A stretch of DNA of 64,000 nucleotides. It comes from a virus. Both the position numbers and the translations under genes were made by a program. This document shows positions 18,144-25,531 of this stretch, piece by piece. Under the pieces are notes generated by a model. It was not told the origin of the DNA, did not search any database, and worked only from the letters and a program-made list of their open reading frames with translations. The stretch lies in IMG/VR virus record IMGVR_UViG_3300029203_000004; one strand, 5' to 3'. Numbering within the stretch: the stretch's first letter is position 1; each line of letters starts with the position of its first letter.

Positions 18144-19088
18144 TTAGCAATTGCAACCACAGTTGTCACCAGCAGCATAACCTGCACCAAAACCAGCCAT
18201 GAACGGATAACCTCCATAGCAACAATTTGGGTTAGGCACTATATAGGATGGAACTGGGCACGGAGCCTTAAGTTGTCCAACTATATTTGCAGTCTGAGCC
18301 TGTTGAGAAGCAGCCAGAGCCAAATTGCTGTTTTCCTGTCTAAGTGCATCTATCTTGTTTTGCATTTCACGCATTTCAAGCTGACAGAATTTATCATTGA
18401 TGATAGCTGTTTGAGCGTCTATCTTTGCGCCAAGAATGTTAAACTGAGTGTTTGCATTGCTTGTCAAAGTATTGGTCTGCTCTACAGTAGCCAAACGGCT
18501 ATCACATCCTTGACGTTCAATAGCTGTACGGATATCGCAGCAGCAAGAAGCAAGCTGAGAACCGATAGCTGCACTATTGGACTGAATTGAGTTGATGATC
18601 TGTTGAGAGGAAAGACCTACTTGGTTACCAACTTGCTGAATCTGTCCTTGAATTTGGCAGATAGCATTCTGCAACTGTTGAGTAGAGCAGTTCAAAGAAC
18701 TAGCCAACTGATTGATAGCTGTTCCGTTTCCTTGAATAGCGTTCATCAACAATTCACGTCCTGCTTCATTGTTCAATTGAGCAGGGATTCCGTTTGCTCC
18801 ATTGCCAAACCCGTTACCGAATCCGTTACCACCCCACAGGAAGAAGAGCAGGATAATCCAGATCCACCAACAACCAGCACCACCCCAAGCGTCTTGATTG
18901 TTTTTATTGCTCATAAGAGCGGCAACCATATTGGGGTCTAATCCTTTATTCTGCAACAGTGCAGGAATCATTGACATAATACCTGCGCTTTCTCCAGCGG
19001 CAGGATTGTCGAACATAAAAATTTTGTCTGAACCCATAATATTGTAATTTAATGTGTGTGTATTATAACTCCCGTAAAGACTGTGCAC
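18144..19088 (-). CDS. Membrane-anchored Gln/Asn-rich coiled-coil protein with a Cys-rich C-terminus
   Basis: Single hydrophobic span GCWWIWIILLFFLWGG, a (GNGF)n linker, a long Q/N/S-rich heptad-like region, and a tail CCYGGYPFMAGFGAGYAAGDNCGCNC. Alternative start at 19037 (MGSDKIF). Confidence 0.6.
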   Translation of the reverse strand: MHSLYGSYNTHTLNYNIMGSDKIFMFDNPAAGESAGIMSMIPALLQNKGLDPNMVAALMSNKNNQDAWGGAGCWWIWIILLFFLWGGNGFGNGFGNGANGIPAQLNNEAGRELLMNAIQGNGTAINQLASSLNCSTQQLQNAICQIQGQIQQVGNQVGLSSQQIINSIQSNSAAIGSQLASCCCDIRTAIERQGCDSRLATVEQTNTLTSNANTQFNILGAKIDAQTAIINDKFCQLEMREMQNKIDALRQENSNLALAASQQAQTANIVGQLKAPCPVPSYIVPNPNCCYGGYPFMAGFGAGYAAGDNCGCNC

Positions 19089-19141
19089 TCATCTTTACGA
19101 GTGTAAATTTACAACATGGATTGCCTAAACAAAAATAAAAA

Positions 19142-20124
19142 TCTGATTATCCGTTTATGCACCTGTTATATTCGCAATTACTAGTCTGTCAAAGAGTTTG
19201 TCTCCAAAATACCGTCTGTTTAATTTGTAAATAAACTCGTTGAGATACAACTGTAAGTATTTCCTTTTGATTTTATGGTAGTTGCCCAGCAATGTCCGTT
19301 TTGCATTACTGATTGCGATATGCACCCATTTGAGTGTTTCCTTGGTGGTTTTGGCGTCTGATTTCTCGGTGACGTGCAATTCCACCAGATCGGAGATGTC
19401 AACGTAAGAAGTGCTTTTGTCCGAAAATACGATGGCATCATCCTCCATGCAGTCCCTGACCACGCCGTTGATTCCTTCACTTTGATGGCTATCCAGTACC
19501 CTGGCCTTGAAATAACGCACATGCTTCTCCTTTTTGCCCGTTTCGATATCTTCCAACGGGGTGCTTTCGGCCATCACCGCAACGTTCTGCTTTCCCTCGG
19601 CTCCCCGGCCACGTGTACCCTTGCCTCGCTCGATTTCCTTACTGGCCACCGAAAAGTAACCCTCATCCAGTTCTATCATCCCTTCCAGTGTATACCTTGC
19701 ATCCCGGTTGCCCATCGCCCTGCGGAGTTTGTGTACCATCGCCCATACCGGTTCGTAACGCTTCAATCCTAATTGCTTCTGGAGTTCGTTGGTGGAGAAT
19801 CCCTTTTTTGTGCAACTCATCAGGAACATCGTTTTGTACCACACCAGAAACGGCAGCTTGGAGCTCTCCATGATCGTACCGCTGCGCAACGAGGTGCGGA
19901 AACGGCAACCTTTGCATTCATAACTCCATTTACCCTGTAACCAATAATGGGAAGTGCCCCCGCATCGCTTGCAGACAACCCCTTCCTTATCACGCTGCTC
20001 CTTGAAATGCAAACGACAATCTTCCTCCGAACCGAAATGAGCCGTAAAACTGAATATGTTCATAATCCCTGCTTTTTGAGCGCTAATATACTAAAAATAT
20101 TAGGTGTGTTTGCGGAGAATCAGA
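19142..20124 (-). mobile_element. IS1595-family insertion sequence (983 bp)
   Basis: Terminal inverted repeats TCTGATTATCCG (19142-) and TCTGATTCTCCG (reverse complement of 20113-20124). Flanked by a perfect 8-bp direct repeat AATAAAAA (19134-19141 and 20125-20132). Clearly more GC-rich than its surroundings. Confidence 0.8.
19155..20063 (-). CDS. IS1595-family (ISXO2-like) DDE transposase
   Basis: N-terminal zinc ribbon CKRCGG...CKGCRF, then the ...DEGYF... core typical of DDE_Tnp_IS1595. It fills the IS defined by the IRs and TSD. Confidence 0.85.
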   Translation of the reverse strand: MNIFSFTAHFGSEEDCRLHFKEQRDKEGVVCKRCGGTSHYWLQGKWSYECKGCRFRTSLRSGTIMESSKLPFLVWYKTMFLMSCTKKGFSTNELQKQLGLKRYEPVWAMVHKLRRAMGNRDARYTLEGMIELDEGYFSVASKEIERGKGTRGRGAEGKQNVAVMAESTPLEDIETGKKEKHVRYFKARVLDSHQSEGINGVVRDCMEDDAIVFSDKSTSYVDISDLVELHVTEKSDAKTTKETLKWVHIAISNAKRTLLGNYHKIKRKYLQLYLNEFIYKLNRRYFGDKLFDRLVIANITGA

Positions 20125-20253
20125 AATAAAAATTTCGCAGTATAACCTATTGTGTTTCAGATAGTTTAAAGTTGTTAAAATAAGTTATTTGCTTGTGTGT
20201 TGTTTTTCCTATTCGTATATTAGCGCAATAATTTTAAAATAGAGGAATTGAAG

Positions 20254-20472
20254 ATGAAAGAATTAAAAAAATGGAATAATAATCCAATAAAGATTACGTA
20301 TTTAATACCTAGTGGAAACAAGTATGCTTATATAAAATTAGGTGACACTGTTGATCTGACGAACGGAACATATAAAATAACCGCTTTGGATAATGAAGAA
20401 AACATTTTCCAAGCGGTTAATATGGAGAATAAAGATGATTGTGTTACAATGTATGCGTATGAGGTTGTCTAG
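20254..20472 (+). CDS. Hypothetical small protein
   Basis: ATG at 20254; 72-aa ORF convergent with the minus-strand genes. Confidence 0.4.
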   Translation: MKELKKWNNNPIKITYLIPSGNKYAYIKLGDTVDLTNGTYKITALDNEENIFQAVNMENKDDCVTMYAYEVV

Positions 20473-20837
20473 CTTTTAGTCTTGTATTTGCCCCTTGACT
20501 TCTTTGGACGTATAAGCCCGTTGTTTTTAAGAGCATCCAATGTTTCTTTCAAATAAACGGGTTTTGTCATTCCTTGTACTCTCACGGGAGATAATAACGG
20601 TTGTACGGGATGAAACTTAGTGCCTTTGTATGTAAGCCTTGCAAACTCGGTGTCACTCACATCAAGATACTTTATGGCATTTTCTCTATCAAAATAAGAC
20701 GGTATGATAGTTGATTTGTTTATTGCGTCAGTAAGGAAGTTGAACTGTTCCGCATCAACATTCGAGTTTCCGCTTTTCAATGCTAGAGATATTCCGTCAA
20801 GTAAGGAAGCTAATATAGTGTTATAATTCATGCCCAT
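20469..20837 (-). CDS. Hypothetical protein (basic C-terminus)
   Basis: 122-aa ORF, last of the run downstream of the RT. Confidence 0.55.
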   Translation of the reverse strand: MGMNYNTILASLLDGISLALKSGNSNVDAEQFNFLTDAINKSTIIPSYFDRENAIKYLDVSDTEFARLTYKGTKFHPVQPLLSPVRVQGMTKPVYLKETLDALKNNGLIRPKKSRGKYKTKS

Positions 20838-20840
20838 GAC

Positions 20841-21167
20841 TTACTCGATAGATGATATGTTTGCTGTTCCCGTAACACTCACCTTGCTTCCTGGTGTGAC
20901 TGAAAAATATTCCACCGTTCCTGCCGGGAGAAGCATTCCTGTTGGTGATATTCTGCTTGATCTGCTTTTCGTTTCCTGTACCAATGAGATACGGCATCCA
21001 TCCGATGTCGCTACTCTTATAAGGTTTGACAATGCTGTGTATTCCTTGTCGGTTACATCTTCCGATGCTGATATTCTTGCAGCTACGATACCTTTTAACG
21101 CTTCATCCTTTGAAGCGTTTTTGGTGGAGAAATACCCACCTATCTGTTGTTTATCATTGTTTTCCAT
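20841..21167 (-). CDS. Hypothetical protein
   Basis: 108-aa ORF, 3 nt from the next gene. Confidence 0.55.
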   Translation of the reverse strand: MENNDKQQIGGYFSTKNASKDEALKGIVAARISASEDVTDKEYTALSNLIRVATSDGCRISLVQETKSRSSRISPTGMLLPAGTVEYFSVTPGSKVSVTGTANISSIE

Positions 21168-21510
21168 ATCCTTTCAAGTAAGATTGTTTCACACTTTCGG
21201 CAAACTCGTTCAGCTTTACATAATCCGGGTCAAGTTTGTTTAAAATACCTTTTCTGAGAGCCGCTTCTTCCTCACCGTTGGGAAATTCATCCTTTATGGC
21301 GGCATCTACCGTTTTGTCGTATGATACAGGGTTCTTTACACGCTGTACATCGGCTTTCCACTTTTTGACGAACTTTTCCTGTACAATATTTCCCATATCG
21401 TCCGTTTCGGGTTCGTCAACTTGTTCAATGTTTAAATGAACATTGCTATATCCAGTGCCTAAATCAAAGATAAAGGCAGGCTTCTCGTCAAAAATCAAAC
21501 CTCTTTCCAT
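21154..21510 (-). CDS. Hypothetical acidic protein
   Basis: 118-aa ORF starting 3 nt after the RT stop. Its acidic composition is unlike Avd. Confidence 0.55.
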   Translation of the reverse strand: MERGLIFDEKPAFIFDLGTGYSNVHLNIEQVDEPETDDMGNIVQEKFVKKWKADVQRVKNPVSYDKTVDAAIKDEFPNGEEEAALRKGILNKLDPDYVKLNEFAESVKQSYLKGYGKQ

Positions 21511-21513
21511 AGT

Positions 21514-22803
21514 TTAAATATCTAATGTTCCATCAAAATAATAACCCCTATTGAATTTTATGACAACATCTTCCAATGGTAAAAGGCTTTTGTCTACTTG
21601 GGAAAGGAATGCTCCTAATGTTTCGTATCCGCCTTTCACAAAGCATTTTTCTCCTTTGAACAGTATCTGCATTCTTACCCATGTACTATTGTCCTTCTTT
21701 GTAGATGGTCTTACATCAAAATCAAGAATGTCTATATGCTCATCGACAAGTTTGTCTATCTTTATATCCTTTCCGTCAAACTTTCTTGACACTCTTATAT
21801 TTAAGTCACTAATCTTTGTCATGTGGCTATTATTATTAACTAAAACTTTATTAATTAAGTTTTTAGAATCACAGTGCATCAACATACCCATATAACTCGT
21901 AATTGATTTTGGGTTATTACGTTTTGACGCAAAGTTTTTCTTTATTCTCTTTCTTATTTTGGTATGACCGGGAGTAAAGACAAATCCACCGAAATCTATC
22001 CCTTCTGAAACGGGGAATATCCTGTAATTTTTCTTCATCTCCAACTTTTTTTCATACCACAGGTAATTTCTTATCCTCCACAGCCATTCATGCAACTGTT
22101 TCTTGTCGTGGGATAATATCACCATATCATCGGCAAATCTGAAATAATGCTTTACTTTGAACTGCTCCTTTATAACATGATCCAAAGACCTTAATACCAA
22201 ATGGCTTCCTATCTGAGCGTCAGGATTGCCAATAGCCAGACCTTTGTTGCTGTAATTAAGCGTATTCATAAGCCATAACGCATCCCTGTCTTTCAAGTCT
22301 TTGCTATATGCCTTCTTGTAAACGCTGTGTCTTACGGACGGATAAAACTTCTTAATATCCATTTTCAAAACGTATATTTTTCCGTTTTTGTCCATTTCAA
22401 GCAATGTCCGTTTCATCTTTCTCACAAGGGAATGCTTTTTAACCTTACTTGTAATACCCCTTTTGGGCAGACAGTTATATGAATCAAGTGTAAGGCTTTT
22501 TGTCCATCTGTCCATCATGGGTACCAAAAGGCTGTGCTGGATAATCCTGTCCGGGTAAAACGGGAGTTTGTGTATCTCCCTTACCTTTCCTGCATCAGTC
22601 ACTTTCTCTATCACCTCATACTTGCTTACATGGTATGATTTGTCTTTGAGCATCTGATAAACATTCTGATGATATTCATCCTTATGTTTCTCATAATCCC
22701 TCACACCCCTGTGATTCCTCTTTCCTTTCTTTGCCTTTTCAGCAGCAGAGATAATATTATCCATACTGCCTATCGTTTCAAAAATATTATTCAATCTTTT
22801 CAT
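21514..22803 (-). CDS. DGR reverse transcriptase with a C-terminal extension
   Basis: RT motifs: KMDIKKFYPS, GLAIGNPDAQIGSHL (DGR-type IGNxx[SA]Q motif 4), RFADDMVIL (YxDD-type). It lies directly downstream of a template repeat with A-specific mismatches to a VR. About 100 residues after the thumb region carry no RT motif. Confidence 0.9.
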   Translation of the reverse strand: MKRLNNIFETIGSMDNIISAAEKAKKGKRNHRGVRDYEKHKDEYHQNVYQMLKDKSYHVSKYEVIEKVTDAGKVREIHKLPFYPDRIIQHSLLVPMMDRWTKSLTLDSYNCLPKRGITSKVKKHSLVRKMKRTLLEMDKNGKIYVLKMDIKKFYPSVRHSVYKKAYSKDLKDRDALWLMNTLNYSNKGLAIGNPDAQIGSHLVLRSLDHVIKEQFKVKHYFRFADDMVILSHDKKQLHEWLWRIRNYLWYEKKLEMKKNYRIFPVSEGIDFGGFVFTPGHTKIRKRIKKNFASKRNNPKSITSYMGMLMHCDSKNLINKVLVNNNSHMTKISDLNIRVSRKFDGKDIKIDKLVDEHIDILDFDVRPSTKKDNSTWVRMQILFKGEKCFVKGGYETLGAFLSQVDKSLLPLEDVVIKFNRGYYFDGTLDI

Positions 22804-22962
22804 CTTACGTGCTTTTCTTTGTCCGTTGAGCCAAAGATAACTAACTTTCCATATACCTACAACTGTAAATGTACTAATAAGTTCCCATTCTCAAACAATG
22901 GGTTGTCTTGACATTTTCCATCTTCCTGACGAGGCTTCTGTATAGCAGTAATTTTTTTTAGC

Positions 22963-23072
22963 ACGTTAGCTGCCACCGATGTTCGTGTTCGCATTCGAAG
23001 GGGCATTGTTCGCATTACCATTCCGCAGAGAACAATTGTCGTTGTCCGACTTACCACCAAAGTAAACACCAC
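22963..23072 (-). repeat. DGR template repeat (TR)
   Basis: 110-bp gap-free alignment to 23246-23355 (offset 283). 18 of 19 mismatches fall at TR adenines (minus-strand sense). AAY-rich, with an in-frame TAA, so non-coding. Confidence 0.85.
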
Positions 23073-23205
23073 CATTCTACAGACCGCCTTTTTTCAACTA
23101 ACCGCCTTTGACAGACTTATTTAACTTTGCTGACGCATTTGGTTAGATTTTTAATTATGCAAACTTAAACATTATTAATATATTTTGCAAGTTTTGGGAG
23201 GGGGA

Positions 23206-23224
23206 TTTTTCACTTCGTGAAAAA
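23206..23224 (-). promoter_or_regulatory. Hairpin abutting the stop codon of the DGR target, just 3' of the VR
   Basis: TTTTTCAC-ttc-GTGAAAAA 8-bp stem, flanked by G-runs (gggaggggg / gggttggg). The position matches the VR-proximal hairpin/cruciform described for DGR homing. Confidence 0.45.
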
Positions 23225-25324
23225 TTAGGGTTGGGTTATTGTACAACGAAAGCCGCCACCGAAGTTCGTGAACGCAACCGAAGGGGCATGGTACGCACTA
23301 CCAGGCCGCAGAGAACAATGGTCGTTGATCGACAGACCACCAAAGAAAACACCACGCCTTCCAATCTTACCCGAACCTGCATTTCCCGTAAACCAGTTGT
23401 AATGGCATTCCCCCGTGTGAAGATTGCTTCCCTTGACCTCTCCAATAAGAGAGTTCTTAAAGTTCTTCGTTATGCATCCTTCACCTCTAGCCATAGAACC
23501 GACAAATTCATATGTATTCTCAAAACCGTAAGATTCCCCAGGATTCTTTTCTGTGGCTACATTGTCCGTAGTCAGATTGTTCACGTCATAGGTCTGATAG
23601 ATGTCTATGGATGTAGAATCGTGCATGACACAATCTATCCCACTGTACCACATCCATATATCTCCCCACCCGGCAATACGTCCGCGAATGATAGGCTGTG
23701 TGAAGCATATCTCTATTTCACGGTTTGTAACTGCCGCATTGTCAGGAATACTCCATCCGCTAGTTACAGTTGCATTGACAAACTTGGCTACGATACCCGA
23801 CATCTCCCCGTCAGCCAATCCGTTATGACCTTGGAAGTTGTAGTATTTGTATTTTGTGCTTTCATATTCAAACTCGGTGTCGGGAGCGACATTGTGTTCC
23901 TTTGCGTATGACATGGCAAGCTGCGCTTCAAACATCTTCATGCAAGGACGGTAGTTGTTTATAAGCTGTGAAAAATTGTAAGCAGTTCCTGTTTCTGATG
24001 CTTTAAATCCTTGCCCGTTCATCTTGTAATACACATAAGTCTGACCGTCCGCCTTCTTGAATCTGACGCCTGTCATTTTCCCCCAGCTTGACGCATCGGG
24101 GGCTGAATCGTTGGATGATATTCCTTTTCCGCAAACAGACTGTGCGTGTAGGTCTTTTGTTCTAAACTTAATAAAGAGAAGCGTACACCACACTTCAAGG
24201 TCAAGGGCGAAGGCATTGGCATAAGGATAGTTCTTCGTAATGTCCGGGTTCTTTGCCCTGGCGTATTTCTCAAAATCAAAACGTGATACATTTGTCGTAG
24301 GCCATCCATTTCCTTCCATTATGTTTACGCCTAGATTTCCTACTGATGTTGCTCCTTTTACCGTGTTGTCAAAAATAGATCTCTGCTTCCCATCCTTTAT
24401 CGTGGAGTAACCGATACTCATTCCGAACGGTTTTATCTCTATGGCCGTATCGCCACCGTATGTAAACGGAGCGTCACTGACTAGCCTTCTTTCGTATGTA
24501 TCATCCGTTCCTCCGTTGATTATCCAGAAAGGCTTGGTGTTTACAAGCATAATATCGCTTCCGTCATCTGTTACATCAGTTCCGTCAATAACAATATTTG
24601 ACGGGCTACCGTCAGTCATTTTGAAGAAATTGGTCTGGTCAAGGAATCCTACTACCTTACCGTCCTTTACCTTTGCCGCACGGAAAGAGTTGAGGATAGG
24701 ATGTGATGTCTTGAACTCTTCCTTTCCTATCCATGTCTGAAATACAGGGTCTGTCTGCCCTCTTCTCATTTCCACTCCATATATATTCCCCTGCTGCATC
24801 TTTATCTGTTCGAGAAGCGTTTTGTAGTCATTGGTGAAATCATTTGTGGATAACTCCTTACCGTCCACCTTGTCTACCTTCTTGTCTAGGGCTGTTTTCT
24901 GTGCGGTGGATACAGGCTTTTCTGCATCGGACGTATTGTCCACATTAGACAGACCTATATTGTCTTTCGTTATATTGACATTCCCTGTCCTGTAAGACTG
25001 TTCGGCATTACCTTTCACGCCTATGACGGTATTCTTCTGTGCGCCTTTCTCTATCCCGTCAAGTTTGGTTTTTAACTGGGTAGTAAAGTTGTTGTCGGTA
25101 TGAACATAGTTTTCGTCCATTACCATGCCTTGTCTTATCTTGGACACCGTGACGGATTTGTTCTCTTTAGGGCTTCCCGTCACACATGGTATCATCTCTT
25201 CTCCCGTAGCGGTCTCAACGGGAGGCATCTGTGAAATTTTAAGATTATCTTCCATTATTTTTATAGTATTAATATACGATCTTACACCAAATAAATTTTG
25301 ATAACTTTTAGTTATAAAAGTCAT
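23225..25324 (-). CDS. DGR target: tail-fibre / receptor-binding protein with C-terminal VR
   Basis: N-terminal fibre-like repeats (NFTTQLKTKLDGIEKGA..., LSTNDFTNDYK). The C-terminus carries the VR. Alternative ATG at 25255 (MEDNLKISQ). Confidence 0.8.
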   Translation of the reverse strand: MTFITKSYQNLFGVRSYINTIKIMEDNLKISQMPPVETATGEEMIPCVTGSPKENKSVTVSKIRQGMVMDENYVHTDNNFTTQLKTKLDGIEKGAQKNTVIGVKGNAEQSYRTGNVNITKDNIGLSNVDNTSDAEKPVSTAQKTALDKKVDKVDGKELSTNDFTNDYKTLLEQIKMQQGNIYGVEMRRGQTDPVFQTWIGKEEFKTSHPILNSFRAAKVKDGKVVGFLDQTNFFKMTDGSPSNIVIDGTDVTDDGSDIMLVNTKPFWIINGGTDDTYERRLVSDAPFTYGGDTAIEIKPFGMSIGYSTIKDGKQRSIFDNTVKGATSVGNLGVNIMEGNGWPTTNVSRFDFEKYARAKNPDITKNYPYANAFALDLEVWCTLLFIKFRTKDLHAQSVCGKGISSNDSAPDASSWGKMTGVRFKKADGQTYVYYKMNGQGFKASETGTAYNFSQLINNYRPCMKMFEAQLAMSYAKEHNVAPDTEFEYESTKYKYYNFQGHNGLADGEMSGIVAKFVNATVTSGWSIPDNAAVTNREIEICFTQPIIRGRIAGWGDIWMWYSGIDCVMHDSTSIDIYQTYDVNNLTTDNVATEKNPGESYGFENTYEFVGSMARGEGCITKNFKNSLIGEVKGSNLHTGECHYNWFTGNAGSGKIGRRGVFFGGLSINDHCSLRPGSAYHAPSVAFTNFGGGFRCTITQP
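23246..23355 (-). repeat. DGR variable repeat (VR)
   Basis: Encodes GVFFGGLSINDHCSLRPGSAYHAPSVAFTNFGGGFR, ending 6 codons before the target stop. It differs from the TR almost only at TR-adenine positions. Confidence 0.85.
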
Positions 25325-25497
25325 AATTATTTTGGTGCTAAGGTAAGAATAAAATGCCTAAATTTATATATATTATAAGTTTTTTTTTGCAAATTAAGCA
25401 TTAAGATAAAAGTTCCTCTTTTATCTTTGGTGTCCGCTTGTATATCAGTGCCGATGATAATCAATAAAAATAGTTTTGCATTCCAATATTTTTTTCG

Positions 25498-25505
25498 TAT
25501 CTTTG
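25498..25505 (+). promoter_or_regulatory. -7 promoter box (TAtcTTTG) upstream of tnpB-1
   Basis: Exact TAnnTTTG match 27 nt upstream of the ATG at 25532. A second match (TAgtTTTG) lies at 25471-25478. Confidence 0.35.
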
Positions 25506-25531
25506 AGTATTAAAAATCAAATAAAATCGCC

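Noticed and set aside
20469-21510. One of the three small ORFs after the RT as the missing Avd
   Set aside because: No basic four-helix-bundle-like composition is visible (the first is acidic, the others are not obviously helical) and the location is non-canonical. This is kept as an open question in the findings, not as a call.
21514-22803. RT as a retron or group II intron RT
   Set aside because: The adjacent TR/VR pair with adenine-specific mismatches and the IGNxxAQ motif point to a DGR. No msr/msd-like inverted repeats or intron domains were seen.
22857-23445. ORFs 22857..23075 and 23236..23445 (similar 70-aa 'proteins' ...TTIVLCG.V.RTMPLR.R.RTSVAA...)
   Set aside because: They are out-of-frame translations of the DGR TR and VR. 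The similarity reflects TR/VR homology, not a gene family. The VR lies inside the real 699-aa ORF in another frame.
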